A stretch of DNA of 52,778 nucleotides from a virus (taxonomy: Duplodnaviria; Caudoviricetes): the IMG/VR virus record IMGVR_UViG_3300021375_001117, positions 1 through 52,778 of that record, one strand, 5' to 3'. Positions 7,589-17,351 of this stretch are shown one piece after another. The notes below the pieces were generated by a model that worked only from the letters and a program-made list of their open reading frames with translations, was not told where the DNA came from and ran no database searches. The position numbers and the translations under genes were made by a program. Each line of letters opens with the position of its first letter. Positions within the stretch are counted from its first letter, which is position 1.

Positions 7589-9639
7589 TATTTGTCGAAG
7601 TAATCAGATTTTGTAGAACCTGGATCATTTGGTTTTGCTTTACCTTTGCCTATTTTAAGTTGCTTTTTTATTAAATCTGGGACTAGATTTCCTTTATTCT
7701 TCCACAATCTTTTGAGAAGAGTTTGTACATTTTGAGTACCTTTAAATATGTTCTTGTCACCGTGATCTATTATCTTTAACCCATATAGTCTTTCTACTGC
7801 TCTAGCATATAGTAAATCGTTTTGTGAAGGATACCACAATTCGTCTTGTTCGTCTTGCACATACAATACTCCGTCTCGCGATATTACTGCAAAGAATCTT
7901 TTATTTACGGATTTATCACTGTTAGGTTCATTCCCTGGTTCTTTTTCACTTAGTCCTACTTTTCCTGGAGTAGGATAAACTCCTCCATACATATCTTTCC
8001 AAACTTTCTTGGTTTCATCTGTGAATTGGTTCCAATTAATTCCATCACCTTTTGCTACCTTTGAAGGTTCTCCTTTTTCTCCGCTTGAAGGATCTGCTGG
8101 TCTTGGAACAACTTTCCCATCATTTGCAAACTCTGGATTTACAATTTGTACAGTTTTTGGATTTAAATCAGGTAGATCTGGTAAATCTGTTCTAATAACT
8201 TCGACTTCATTAATAACTTCAGTTTGTCTGAATACTTTTCTCAATACACTTTCATTGTAATTTTTTTCTGCTTTTTTTGTTTTAAGTTTTGCTTTAGGTT
8301 TTGCTTTTTTGGGATCTATTTCTTGTTTTCTTAAATCAGATACTTTTCTTCGTTTATTTACCTTCTTTCTAAACTCTGCACTAGCAATTTCTTTTGCTAA
8401 ATCTCTTGCTTTTTTGGGATCTGTAACTTGCAAGAAATCTGGAATGTTATCTTGGGTCTTCATCGGTGTCTCCCACTCAGCAGGTACTACTACTTTTTCG
8501 GGTGGTTCTATTGTTAAAAACATTAAGTCAGGGTCTACGTCTGATGCCTTACTACCAAATTCAGGCATATAAGGTTTATTAGGATAACCTAAACCTGCTA
8601 ATCTTATTTTAATTTGTTTGACCATACTTACCGATGCTGGTATTCTTGGTACATTAATAGTGTCGTTGATATCATCGTTTGGATTATAGTTGGTTAACCA
8701 TTTACTTTCGTCCATAAAACTTGGGTTATCGCTCATCAAAAGTTTGTAATATGGTTTATAAAATTTGTGTAACTTTTTATAATATTCTGTTGTTTTTGAT
8801 TTATAGTCACTGCTCAATCCTGTTAAACCTGGCAAAGTATCTTGTCCGGGTGTTAAGCCTTTTGTAGAAGTGTTTTTTGGTAGTGAGTCTGCACCTGTGA
8901 ATTTAATACCTTCTATATTCTCATCGTCTATAAGTTTTACATCTTTATCTCTAAAAGAGTCTACAAACCCATATACGGTATGTGCTTGGTCATCGAAATA
9001 ATTTTTCAGTATTTGTCTATTCTTTGTTGCTCCAAACTTATCATAGTTTGATTGTAGCATTTTACTAGATACATCTTGCATAGAACCTATGCCGCTGAAT
9101 GAATCAAACTTGCCTGGTGTTTTAAAAAGTATTAGTGTCTTGTCTAAATCTTTAATATCATTAGAATTAAGTTTTCTACTTTTAAATTGTTTGTTCTTTA
9201 ATGCTTGAGGATTATTTGACGTGTTTTTAGTATCTATTTTTTTAGGAGAACCATCAGGGTTATGTGTTCTGCCATATTTGTAATCCCATTCTGCTTGGGT
9301 TAGATAATCTGTAGGTGATTTTGAAAAAGTAACTGGTCTATCGCCAAATTTATCTTTTGCTCGTTTGTTTGCGGCTTTTCTTTCTTGTCCTTCTGGTCCA
9401 AAATATCTAGGATCTGCTTGTGGATCAACTTTTTTAGGATTCTTAGGATCTACTATACCATACTTAATTAATTCTTGTTGAGTCATTGTGGGTTCATTAG
9501 ATTCTGGATGGGGCAAACCCAGTTGCCAATTTGGAAAGTTTTGTACCAATTTAGCAATCGTATCGGATTGCACATCGAAGCCACCAACCTCTGTGAGATT
9601 CTTATCATCTAGAGTTGTTACTAACTCATTTATCTTCAT
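7588..9639 (-). CDS. Large hypothetical protein, probable internal head protein
   Basis: Long ORF; likely start MKINELV at 9639; low-complexity modular sequence; TAATG coupling to the next gene. Confidence 0.6.
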   Translation of the reverse strand: MKINELVTTLDDKNLTEVGGFDVQSDTIAKLVQNFPNWQLGLPHPESNEPTMTQQELIKYGIVDPKNPKKVDPQADPRYFGPEGQERKAANKRAKDKFGDRPVTFSKSPTDYLTQAEWDYKYGRTHNPDGSPKKIDTKNTSNNPQALKNKQFKSRKLNSNDIKDLDKTLILFKTPGKFDSFSGIGSMQDVSSKMLQSNYDKFGATKNRQILKNYFDDQAHTVYGFVDSFRDKDVKLIDDENIEGIKFTGADSLPKNTSTKGLTPGQDTLPGLTGLSSDYKSKTTEYYKKLHKFYKPYYKLLMSDNPSFMDESKWLTNYNPNDDINDTINVPRIPASVSMVKQIKIRLAGLGYPNKPYMPEFGSKASDVDPDLMFLTIEPPEKVVVPAEWETPMKTQDNIPDFLQVTDPKKARDLAKEIASAEFRKKVNKRRKVSDLRKQEIDPKKAKPKAKLKTKKAEKNYNESVLRKVFRQTEVINEVEVIRTDLPDLPDLNPKTVQIVNPEFANDGKVVPRPADPSSGEKGEPSKVAKGDGINWNQFTDETKKVWKDMYGGVYPTPGKVGLSEKEPGNEPNSDKSVNKRFFAVISRDGVLYVQDEQDELWYPSQNDLLYARAVERLYGLKIIDHGDKNIFKGTQNVQTLLKRLWKNKGNLVPDLIKKQLKIGKGKAKPNDPGSTKSDYFDK

Positions 9640-9877
9640 TTTTAGACTCTTTGATTCTTTGGAAACCTCTAGCAAGTTTGATAGGGTTTCTACCTTTTAT
9701 GCTGTTGATTAACCTTCTCTCCAAGTCTAATGCATCTTTTTCGTCAAAGTGTTCGTGTAATTGAGCAATTAAGTTAATTGCACTACTTACAATATGGTCG
9801 CCTCTGTTCTTGAGTACTTGATCCTTGTCTTTTTCTGCTACAATGCTGTTTAATTCTTGAAGTAAAGTTCTTTTCAT
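9626..9877 (-). CDS. Hypothetical late protein
   Basis: 83-aa ORF downstream of GATAAATA at 9898-9905. Confidence 0.6.
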   Translation of the reverse strand: MKRTLLQELNSIVAEKDKDQVLKNRGDHIVSSAINLIAQLHEHFDEKDALDLERRLINSIKGRNPIKLARGFQRIKESKNEDK

Positions 9878-9910
9878 TATTGTTTCCCTAATAGCAATAT
9901 TTATCTTCTT

Positions 9911-11302
9911 TTAACTTTTCTTTTTAAGAAAATCTTTTAGCATTGATCCTTGAGCGATGATATCTCCTGATTCTTCAGTGTGATCCGAACTAATTTCATC
10001 TTTAATACTACTTGAACGTTTTAAAGAGTTAATTAAACTACCTGCAACCATTGTGTCTGTGTCTTCATCGCTTTCATCTAAATCTTCTATTCTCAATGTC
10101 TCTGGAACAAATTTTAAGTCTATCTTTGTTCCTACACCACTACTAGAACGTGTTTTCATAAACTGTAGTTGATATCTACCACGTTCTCTCATAGCATTGC
10201 TTGTAAAAATACCAATTACATTATCTGCTGTTTGTATTTTACTAATACCACCTGCAATATGATGGTGGTCAAATTCTATTTCTTCTACTGCACCTCTGTT
10301 TAACTGCGATGCTGTTACCATTAGCACATTCCATTCAACTGCTAAATTACGCAACTCTTCAGATACATACTTGTCTTTGATAAACAAGTCTCCTGGATTT
10401 ACTCTACTACTAACTGGCATCATTAGATCCAAGTAATCAATAATAACTGCATCCACCTGCACACCGCTTTGAATCTCGTACTCTCTTAAAAATGCTTGTA
10501 TGTCGTTTGCTGTAATACCATTAGTCAACTGCTTAACTCTAAGTTTACCTGCGCCTTTACCTTTTGTTCTAACTTTTAAATCAACATCATCGATGTTTTT
10601 CATAACTTCACTAGTACCATAACCGCTTATCATACTGTCTAATCTCATACTACATAATTGTTCACTTAACTCTAAACTTATGAGTACTGTGTTTAAACCG
10701 CTTTGGCTCCAATTGAGTGCTAAGTTTTGTAAGAATAAACTTTTACCTGCGCCAGAGCCGCCTGCAAAGAATGTGAGTTCGCCTCTATTCAATCCTCCAT
10801 ACAGTTTCCTGTCCATTGCCTGCCAGCCTGTACTAATTGCACCTGCTTGGTTTTTAATCCATTCTAAACGTTCTTTAGGATTGGCATAGTAATCTAACCC
10901 TAAGTCTTTTACTAAACCTATTTGACTTGCTTCTTTAATCTTTGTTTCGACTGTGCCATAGTCTTTGCTTTCTAATAAATCAGTACTGTCAAGTATTGCT
11001 TTTTCCAATGCCTTATGTCTACAGAATGTTTCAAATTCATCCATAAACCATTCCACGTGTCTAGAATTGAAATCTTCAACCTTTTCTAATTTGATGTTTG
11101 CAGATGCTTCTATTTGCTCAATAGTAGGCATACTGTTATATTCTTGAACGTGTTCTTTTATAAATGTAACAGCATTTCTAAATTGCCTATCGAACATATA
11201 AGGCTGTACAATACTGTTTACTCTTGCAATAATATCGTTATCCGATACCATAAAACGTAAAAACAGTTCTTGTGTTTCTTCGTTGTAATTCATATTCTTC
11301 AT
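9911..11302 (-). CDS. Replicative DnaB-like helicase (T4 gp41-like)
   Basis: Walker A GGSGAGKS, SLEL, IIDYLDLM, TASQLNR, KTR motifs. Confidence 0.93.
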   Translation of the reverse strand: MKNMNYNEETQELFLRFMVSDNDIIARVNSIVQPYMFDRQFRNAVTFIKEHVQEYNSMPTIEQIEASANIKLEKVEDFNSRHVEWFMDEFETFCRHKALEKAILDSTDLLESKDYGTVETKIKEASQIGLVKDLGLDYYANPKERLEWIKNQAGAISTGWQAMDRKLYGGLNRGELTFFAGGSGAGKSLFLQNLALNWSQSGLNTVLISLELSEQLCSMRLDSMISGYGTSEVMKNIDDVDLKVRTKGKGAGKLRVKQLTNGITANDIQAFLREYEIQSGVQVDAVIIDYLDLMMPVSSRVNPGDLFIKDKYVSEELRNLAVEWNVLMVTASQLNRGAVEEIEFDHHHIAGGISKIQTADNVIGIFTSNAMRERGRYQLQFMKTRSSSGVGTKIDLKFVPETLRIEDLDESDEDTDTMVAGSLINSLKRSSSIKDEISSDHTEESGDIIAQGSMLKDFLKKKS

Positions 11303-12276
11303 AACATTTTACTCTGTACTTCTATTTTAATTTTATTAGATACACTATGTTTAATTATGCTATCTAATGTCAAAAGTTTGCCATATTTGAGTACGGCATC
11401 GCCAACATCTTTACAATCTTTGTGCCAAGGAGGGAAACTTACTTCCCAACCAACATCTGCAACTGCTCTAATTAATTCTTTACCTGGAGCATCTCTGTCA
11501 GGGCAAAGTATTACTCTTTTCTTTAAAGAGTTTATTTGATTAACTTGTTGTTCGTTTATTGTATTACCCAAACAACTAATACCATTTATAAGCATTGCAT
11601 CAAATACACCTTCCATCAACACAATAGTTTTAGTATCTGTAAATATATGATTATCTAATCCAAACACATAACCAGGCTGACTGTTCATCAAATACTTTGG
11701 CGTTTCTTTGTTAGGCGGATTTATATGTCTAGCAGTATACCCAACTAACTCTTCATTATATACAAAAGGCACAATTACTCTGTTCCTAAACTGTAACTGA
11801 TTGCTGTAGTATAACTTATGCTTGTCTATTTGTCTATTTACTGCATACTCATAAACTGCTGTAGCATCAGGTGGACTTGTTTCATCTAGTTCCATCCAAT
11901 GAGTTGGCATCTCTACCTTCTTAAACTTTTCAAATTTTATTTCAAAACTGTCTTCTATATCGTCAAATACATCTTTGTGTCTCATTAAGTTTAATACAAC
12001 TTCTTTAACAACTTTATCTGTTGTACCTAATTTATTAGATAAGTCTCTAAACTTTTTACCTATTCTTGGAGTTGGTGCCCACCCGGTTGTATATCCACAA
12101 TTAAAACAATTATAACTTATTTTTGCACCACTAGTTATAACACCTGCTCTGCCTCTTGTATCATTACACATAGGACAATCAAACGTATTCCACCCACTAG
12201 GTGTACGTTTAGTTCTAGCCGGCATATAATCTAATACTAGATTGTGTACCGATGTAACTAATTCAGATAATTCCAT
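11299..12276 (-). CDS. DNA primase (T4 gp61-like)
   Basis: CPMC...CFNC zinc finger; TOPRIM EGVFDA, DRDAPG, KDVGD; adjacent to the helicase. Confidence 0.9.
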   Translation of the reverse strand: MELSELVTSVHNLVLDYMPARTKRTPSGWNTFDCPMCNDTRGRAGVITSGAKISYNCFNCGYTTGWAPTPRIGKKFRDLSNKLGTTDKVVKEVVLNLMRHKDVFDDIEDSFEIKFEKFKKVEMPTHWMELDETSPPDATAVYEYAVNRQIDKHKLYYSNQLQFRNRVIVPFVYNEELVGYTARHINPPNKETPKYLMNSQPGYVFGLDNHIFTDTKTIVLMEGVFDAMLINGISCLGNTINEQQVNQINSLKKRVILCPDRDAPGKELIRAVADVGWEVSFPPWHKDCKDVGDAVLKYGKLLTLDSIIKHSVSNKIKIEVQSKML

Positions 12277-12282
12277 ACTGTA

Positions 12283-12311
12283 ATTATACTAGAAGTAAAA
12301 GAAAATGTCAA
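12283..12311 (-). promoter_or_regulatory. Consensus sigma70 early promoter for primase-helicase
   Basis: TTGACA-N17-TATAAT; ATG only 6 nt after the -10 box. Confidence 0.85.
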
Positions 12312-12314
12312 GTA

Positions 12315-13133
12315 CTAGTTTCTAAGTAAAACTTGTTCTACTGTACCTGCGTTGGTGCTGTTTGGACTATATTGGAATCTTATACTATTGAAGTTACCTG
12401 TAAAGTTGTACGGCAAGGGGCCTGTCGCACTCGTAAGAGGTATTCTAAATATTTGTGTACCCAAAGGATCAATACCGAACCACATAGCATCGTCTGAAGA
12501 TGCTACTAAATCATTGTTGCCTTGAACGTATATATTACCTGAGAAGTTAGTGCAATAAACAGCAAGTGTATGTTTTGCACCTCTAAAGTTCTTACGTGAG
12601 TTGCCTTGCAATGCACTACTCTGGAAAATATTTGCAGTATCGCCATCGTTAATATTGCTGACTTGTAACCAAGTATTTGCTGTTTGAGTAGCCGCTGGTA
12701 CTTTTAAAGCATCATCTTTTACGATAACTGTTATACCTAACTTGTTGTTCTTGTCAGCATATATTGGAGTTTTTGAACCGTTAGAGTCAAGTTGGGAAAC
12801 AACCAGTTTATAATTACCAACTGCTAAATCGTTCAAGTCATCTTCTGTTAAGGTTAGTTTTGCACTACCTTTATCTAGTTCTGATGTTAAAAACTTTGTT
12901 AAAACTCTTTCGCTATTTTCAAAACTAATTAACTCAGCCTGAAATTCGCTATTGTTAATATTCTGTAGTTTTCTATCTTTGTTTCTAACATCAAAGAAGT
13001 AATCATTGTCCATTCCTTGATATGCTATAATTTCTGTTCTATTCATAGATGAGTTTTCCAAATAGGAGAAACTATCTCCTATAACTATATTTATCGCAGA
13101 GTTGTTATATTTGTATAAAGTATAATTCGACAT
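12315..13133 (-). CDS. Hypothetical beta-rich protein, probably structural
   Basis: Asn/Ser/Thr-rich; late-promoter-like AATAAATA at 13152-13159 and AGGA SD. Confidence 0.55.
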   Translation of the reverse strand: MSNYTLYKYNNSAINIVIGDSFSYLENSSMNRTEIIAYQGMDNDYFFDVRNKDRKLQNINNSEFQAELISFENSERVLTKFLTSELDKGSAKLTLTEDDLNDLAVGNYKLVVSQLDSNGSKTPIYADKNNKLGITVIVKDDALKVPAATQTANTWLQVSNINDGDTANIFQSSALQGNSRKNFRGAKHTLAVYCTNFSGNIYVQGNNDLVASSDDAMWFGIDPLGTQIFRIPLTSATGPLPYNFTGNFNSIRFQYSPNSTNAGTVEQVLLRN

Positions 13134-13180
13134 ATTCTATTCCTGTACTACTATTTATTTAAAAAGCATAAATAAAAGCA

Positions 13181-13585
13181 ATGCCTGATAGCAAACAAAC
13201 ATTTAATCAAAAAGAGATTGAAGAAAACTACCCTTTCCTTACCTGTATCAATTATGGTGACAATGATTACCTTGGTATAGTTACCAATCGAGATAAAACT
13301 TTTTTAAGTATGTTCGATATGGGTTTGATATCTACTCCTGATAAAACAAAGAAATTTGTAGAACTTGGTGAGAACTGGTGGTGGGAAAGTAATAGACAGA
13401 TACCAATCGATGTATTTTTATTTCAAGAACTTATTCCGTTTAGATATGCTATACGGACTTTTGAAAACAAACACATAGAAGTAAAGTTTGGACCTGTTAC
13501 AGAAATTAATAACTTGGTTAAGAAACGTATAAAAAGGCGTACAATAACTTTAGTAAAAAACGTTCCGTCTAAAGACTCTCAATAA
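13181..13585 (+). CDS. Hypothetical protein (WWWESNR motif)
   Basis: Real-looking ORF with CATAAATA-N6-ATG; converges on the DnaE-like gene. Confidence 0.7.
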   Translation: MPDSKQTFNQKEIEENYPFLTCINYGDNDYLGIVTNRDKTFLSMFDMGLISTPDKTKKFVELGENWWWESNRQIPIDVFLFQELIPFRYAIRTFENKHIEVKFGPVTEINNLVKKRIKRRTITLVKNVPSKDSQ

Positions 13586-14138
13586 TTTTATTCAACTGCA
13601 CCACAATACTTACAGCATAACTTAATGCGTGGCTTCTTTTAAAGAAGTAATCCTCTGTCTTCTCCCATACTTCTTTTTCTATTACTTCCCAAGTATGACC
13701 TACCAAATGTCTCTTACCAGGTCTAATCATTGCAAGTATCATTGCTAATTGCTCTATACTTTCGGGAGGATGTTTCTCTATGATAGCAAAATGATTACTG
13801 ATATGTGCTAATTGTTCAACTATTTCTTTATGCTCAAACAAACTCCAATTAACTTCTGTCTCTAATAATTTATCTAGATGAGTTTCATTCTCAATACCAT
13901 TATATATGCCATTATTGAGCAAATCTATTTTAAAGTAACCTCGTTCTTCTGCTTCATCATAAGGTATGGTTGAAATGTTTTGTATTGGATACTTTGGTAT
14001 GTTTTGTAAATATACACCTGAGTTGTGTTTGGTTAAGTCACCATCTTTTTCCTGACTAGCATTTATGTACCTAGGCAACTTATCCAGCAATAAATCTCTA
14101 TTTGCTAAATCAATATCTACATCAAAATCTAGTTTCAT
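13569..14138 (-). CDS. Minimal DNA polymerase III alpha (DnaE, family C) catalytic core
   Basis: DFDVDID, KHNSGV, GYFKIDLL, IRPG and YFFKRSHALSYA match DnaE motifs PDxDxD, HxxG, KxDxL, RPG and FNKSHxxxY in order. Confidence 0.8.
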   Translation of the reverse strand: MKLDFDVDIDLANRDLLLDKLPRYINASQEKDGDLTKHNSGVYLQNIPKYPIQNISTIPYDEAEERGYFKIDLLNNGIYNGIENETHLDKLLETEVNWSLFEHKEIVEQLAHISNHFAIIEKHPPESIEQLAMILAMIRPGKRHLVGHTWEVIEKEVWEKTEDYFFKRSHALSYAVSIVVQLNKIIESL

Positions 14139-14803
14139 ATATTTGCCTGCTCACTTATCTCTTGTACTGTTTGAACTTCTTCTGGATTCTTTCTAAATAA
14201 GTCTCTCCAAAATACAGGATCTGCTATATCTTTAATCATATCAATTTGTTCTTTATTAAATTTAGTCCAAAGTCCTTGTCCGCTTTCAGTTAAGAACATT
14301 AACCAAGGAGATATTTTTCCTGCTTTGATATGATATACTGCAAGTGGAGTTGTTACCTGTTTGAAGTAATTTTGTAAATCTGTGTTATGCTCTTTGCCCC
14401 ATTCTGTCATTGTGAGTATTGTACGTTCAATTGCCTTAAGAGCAGGTTCTTTTTTAACATATTGATTTAGGTATTTTGTATATGTTGCATCAGATGTCCA
14501 CAGTTTTAATTTTACACTATTCTTTATACAATATTCTGTATACTTCTCAGGATGTAGTAAATCTTCTTTTGCTATTTTTCTACCATACTTAACAAATGAC
14601 ATATAGTATTGGCTGTTTGCAAAATCTTCAAATGTTTTAGTTTTGGTAGCATTAGTGGATATTTCATAAAACATCTGGAATGCTCGAAGTCCTAATCTTA
14701 CGTGACTTAAATCTTTTTCTGCAAACCGTTGTTTTTTAGGACACATATGAACTGCTAGTGTGCGTTCACTAGCGAAAGACTTACTACAAAACTTACACTT
14801 CAT
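14135..14803 (-). CDS. Protein with N-terminal C2H2/C2HC zinc finger, probably replication-associated
   Basis: MKCKFCSKSF...LAVHMC; translationally coupled on both sides. Confidence 0.6.
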   Translation of the reverse strand: MKCKFCSKSFASERTLAVHMCPKKQRFAEKDLSHVRLGLRAFQMFYEISTNATKTKTFEDFANSQYYMSFVKYGRKIAKEDLLHPEKYTEYCIKNSVKLKLWTSDATYTKYLNQYVKKEPALKAIERTILTMTEWGKEHNTDLQNYFKQVTTPLAVYHIKAGKISPWLMFLTESGQGLWTKFNKEQIDMIKDIADPVFWRDLFRKNPEEVQTVQEISEQANI

Positions 14804-15264
14804 TTTAAAATTTCTTTAATATCTTTGTCATCATATCCATAACCAACTAAAAAGTCTTTTATCTCTTCTTTAGTTGATAATCCAATAAACAGTTCTAACT
14901 CATCTGTTTTAGTATTTGGAAATAGTTTTCCAAACTCTTCCATTATTTTATTTTTCTTTCTTTTAGATGTAGGAGCCTTTACATAAGGATGCCACATCTT
15001 TCTACCTGCACCTGCTAGGCATAAACATTTCCAAACTAATTCAGGATGTTTACTTGAACCGGCGGCACTCCAATTATGATTAACACAATCATTTACCATT
15101 GTGAGATAATGAGAATCATAAGGTTGTCCTTGTACAGAAGAAGCATACCTTTGCATCATCCAAAAGTTTATACCTTTCTTTTGGTCATCAGACAATCGAG
15201 TATAGTAATTCATATCTCTTTTATCTAGTGCCAGCATTACATCTGCAATCTTAGGTACTGCCAT
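14800..15264 (-). CDS. Clamp loader small subunit-like protein (T4 gp62-like)
   Basis: Start MAVPK at 15264 with GAGG SD; FWMMQRYAS / HPELVW / WHPYVK pattern and size resemble gp62. Confidence 0.5.
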   Translation of the reverse strand: MAVPKIADVMLALDKRDMNYYTRLSDDQKKGINFWMMQRYASSVQGQPYDSHYLTMVNDCVNHNWSAAGSSKHPELVWKCLCLAGAGRKMWHPYVKAPTSKRKKNKIMEEFGKLFPNTKTDELELFIGLSTKEEIKDFLVGYGYDDKDIKEILK

Positions 15265-15433
15265 TGTTCCTCGTTTGGTCTTTACTTGCATCTAGTTTCT
15301 CAAAAGTTTTATCATACCAAGCATTGCTACAGTATGCATCACAGAATACATTCATTTGATCCGGAGTGTGATACTTAATGTCCATTACATTTAACAGTTT
15401 ATCGCACTCTGCACATTTGAGGAATCTACTCAC
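15251..15433 (-). CDS. Small zinc-binding protein (CxxC...FCxxxC)
   Basis: CAEC ... FCDAYC; overlaps both neighbours. Confidence 0.55.
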   Translation of the reverse strand: MSRFLKCAECDKLLNVMDIKYHTPDQMNVFCDAYCSNAWYDKTFEKLDASKDQTRNNGST

Positions 15434-15962
15434 CTTCGAACTCCGTCAATGTCCTAACATCATATCCTGATTGTTTTATTATAGCACTTCCTCCCAAATT
15501 GGGCAAGTCTATTACTGCTAAAATTAAAATATTCTTTTTAGGTATCTTGAAATTTTCGTGTATTAAATCTGCACAGGTAATTGCTGTACCTCCTGTAGCA
15601 ATTAAATCATCTATAATAATCACATTGCCTTTGATAGGTGATATCTTTTGTATATGTAATTCAGATGTTCCATATTCCAGTTCGTATTCTTTTCTGTATG
15701 TAGGATTAGGTAACTTACCTGGTTTCCTAGCAAGTATGAAAGGAATATTTTTACTTGATGCAATAGTTGAACCAAATATAAATCCTCTGCTTTCAATTCC
15801 TACAATACAGTCAGCAACTGTTAAATTACAAATATCTTCAAACTCTTTATTGACTAAAGTAAATGCTTCAGGTGTTTCCAACAAACTTGTTATATCTCTA
15901 AACTGAACTCCTTCAATAGGAAAGTCTGAGACTGTTCTAATATATTTGTTTAACTTAGTCAT
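15426..15962 (-). CDS. apt: Adenine phosphoribosyltransferase
   Basis: DFP..GVQFRDI, IESRGF, ARKPGKLP, LEYG, IIDDLIATGGT PRPP-binding loop. Confidence 0.95.
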   Translation of the reverse strand: MTKLNKYIRTVSDFPIEGVQFRDITSLLETPEAFTLVNKEFEDICNLTVADCIVGIESRGFIFGSTIASSKNIPFILARKPGKLPNPTYRKEYELEYGTSELHIQKISPIKGNVIIIDDLIATGGTAITCADLIHENFKIPKKNILILAVIDLPNLGGSAIIKQSGYDVRTLTEFEGE

Positions 15963-17052
15963 TAAAGATATCTACTTGTTCCCAAGGCATATCTTCTTTA
16001 CCAAAGTGTCCATAGTTAGTAGTCTTAGTCAAGTCTAATTTAAACAAATCAAATTTTTCAATTATACCTTTTGGTGTTAAATCAATGTTATTCATAAAAT
16101 AATCTGCAAACTCTTTCCTTACTTCACCATCTGCATACACATATATACTAGTTGGTTCTTTTACACCAATAGCATAACTTAATTGTACTGTGGCATTCTT
16201 TGCCTTGCCACTTGCTACAATATTCTTTGCTAAGTAACGTGCCATATAAGCCGCACTTCTGTCTACTTTGGTACAGTCTTTACCACTAAATGCTCCGCCA
16301 CCGTGTGGTGCATAACCACCATAAGTATCTACAATAATTTTTCTGCCTGTTAATCCTGTGTCTCCATCTGGGCCACCAATTACAAATCTGCCTGTTGGAT
16401 TAATTAACCATTCAGTTTTTAATAGGTGTACTTTGTCTTTAACAACGGGCAGTATAATGTCCATTACACGTTCTCTAACGTCTTCTATGCTTACTTCTTC
16501 ACTGTGCTGAGTACTACATACCACCGTCTTAATATCAATTGGTACACCCACGCCGTCGTAGTTAAATGTAACCTGTGCTTTGCTGTCAGGCCCTAACCAA
16601 TCTGCTCCATTGCGTCTAGCATTTTCTAATGCCTTTAGTATTTCGTGACTGTAATAAATTGCACTTGGCATATAGTTGGGTGTCTCATCACAGGCATAAC
16701 CAAACATTAAGCCTTGGTCACCAGCACCGAAGTCGTCGGTACCCAAAGCAATATCAGGCGATTGTCCGTGTAGTTCATTGTAAACAGCCATCTTGGCCCA
16801 ATGAAATCCATCTTGCTCATAGCCAATATCCTTAACAACGTTTCTCACAATATGTTCAATAACATCTTTATCAAACTTATCACTTTTGTATTCACCTGCT
16901 AGTGTGACCATATTTGTAGTAACTAAAGTTTCTACTGCCGCCCTGTGAGTAATCTTACCGTCGATAAGATATGTTGCTACTGCATCTGATATGTGGTCTG
17001 AAATTTTATCAGGGTGTCCACTACTAACACTTTCGCTTGTAAATTCGTACAT
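15955..17052 (-). CDS. metK: S-adenosylmethionine synthetase
   Basis: FTSESV..GHPDK, GAGDQG, GGPDGDTGLTGRKIIVDTYGG, GGGAFSGKD signatures. Confidence 0.97.
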   Translation of the reverse strand: MYEFTSESVSSGHPDKISDHISDAVATYLIDGKITHRAAVETLVTTNMVTLAGEYKSDKFDKDVIEHIVRNVVKDIGYEQDGFHWAKMAVYNELHGQSPDIALGTDDFGAGDQGLMFGYACDETPNYMPSAIYYSHEILKALENARRNGADWLGPDSKAQVTFNYDGVGVPIDIKTVVCSTQHSEEVSIEDVRERVMDIILPVVKDKVHLLKTEWLINPTGRFVIGGPDGDTGLTGRKIIVDTYGGYAPHGGGAFSGKDCTKVDRSAAYMARYLAKNIVASGKAKNATVQLSYAIGVKEPTSIYVYADGEVRKEFADYFMNNIDLTPKGIIEKFDLFKLDLTKTTNYGHFGKEDMPWEQVDIFND

Positions 17053-17351
17053 TATAAATCTCCTTCTTTAACAAAGACTCCGTCAACCATTTTTCCTTTT
17101 CTGTCTTTGATGTCGTTATATGCTTGTTCCAAACAATCTTCGATACTGAGATTGTTTCGTTCAGCAATGTTAATTAATACTACAATCATATCACCTATAT
17201 CATCTGCTACATCATTGCCTTTACAGATATTATCACTAAGTTCGCCCATTTCTTGAATAAGTTTTGCTAGTTGATCCTTATCTGTTGCACCATCGATTAG
17301 GTTCCTGTCGTGATGCCATTGTGTAATTTTGGATATGTATTCTTCTACCAT
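17052..17351 (-). CDS. MazG-like nucleotide pyrophosphohydrolase
   Basis: KLIQEMGEL...DDIGD and IKDRKG motifs. Confidence 0.85.
   Translation of the reverse strand: MVEEYISKITQWHHDRNLIDGATDKDQLAKLIQEMGELSDNICKGNDVADDIGDMIVVLINIAERNNLSIEDCLEQAYNDIKDRKGKMVDGVFVKEGDL

Noticed and set aside
13569-14138. Mini-DnaE as a pseudogene remnant
   Set aside because: No frameshifts or adjacent fragments; motifs from distant parts of DnaE are retained together and the start is coupled to the upstream gene.
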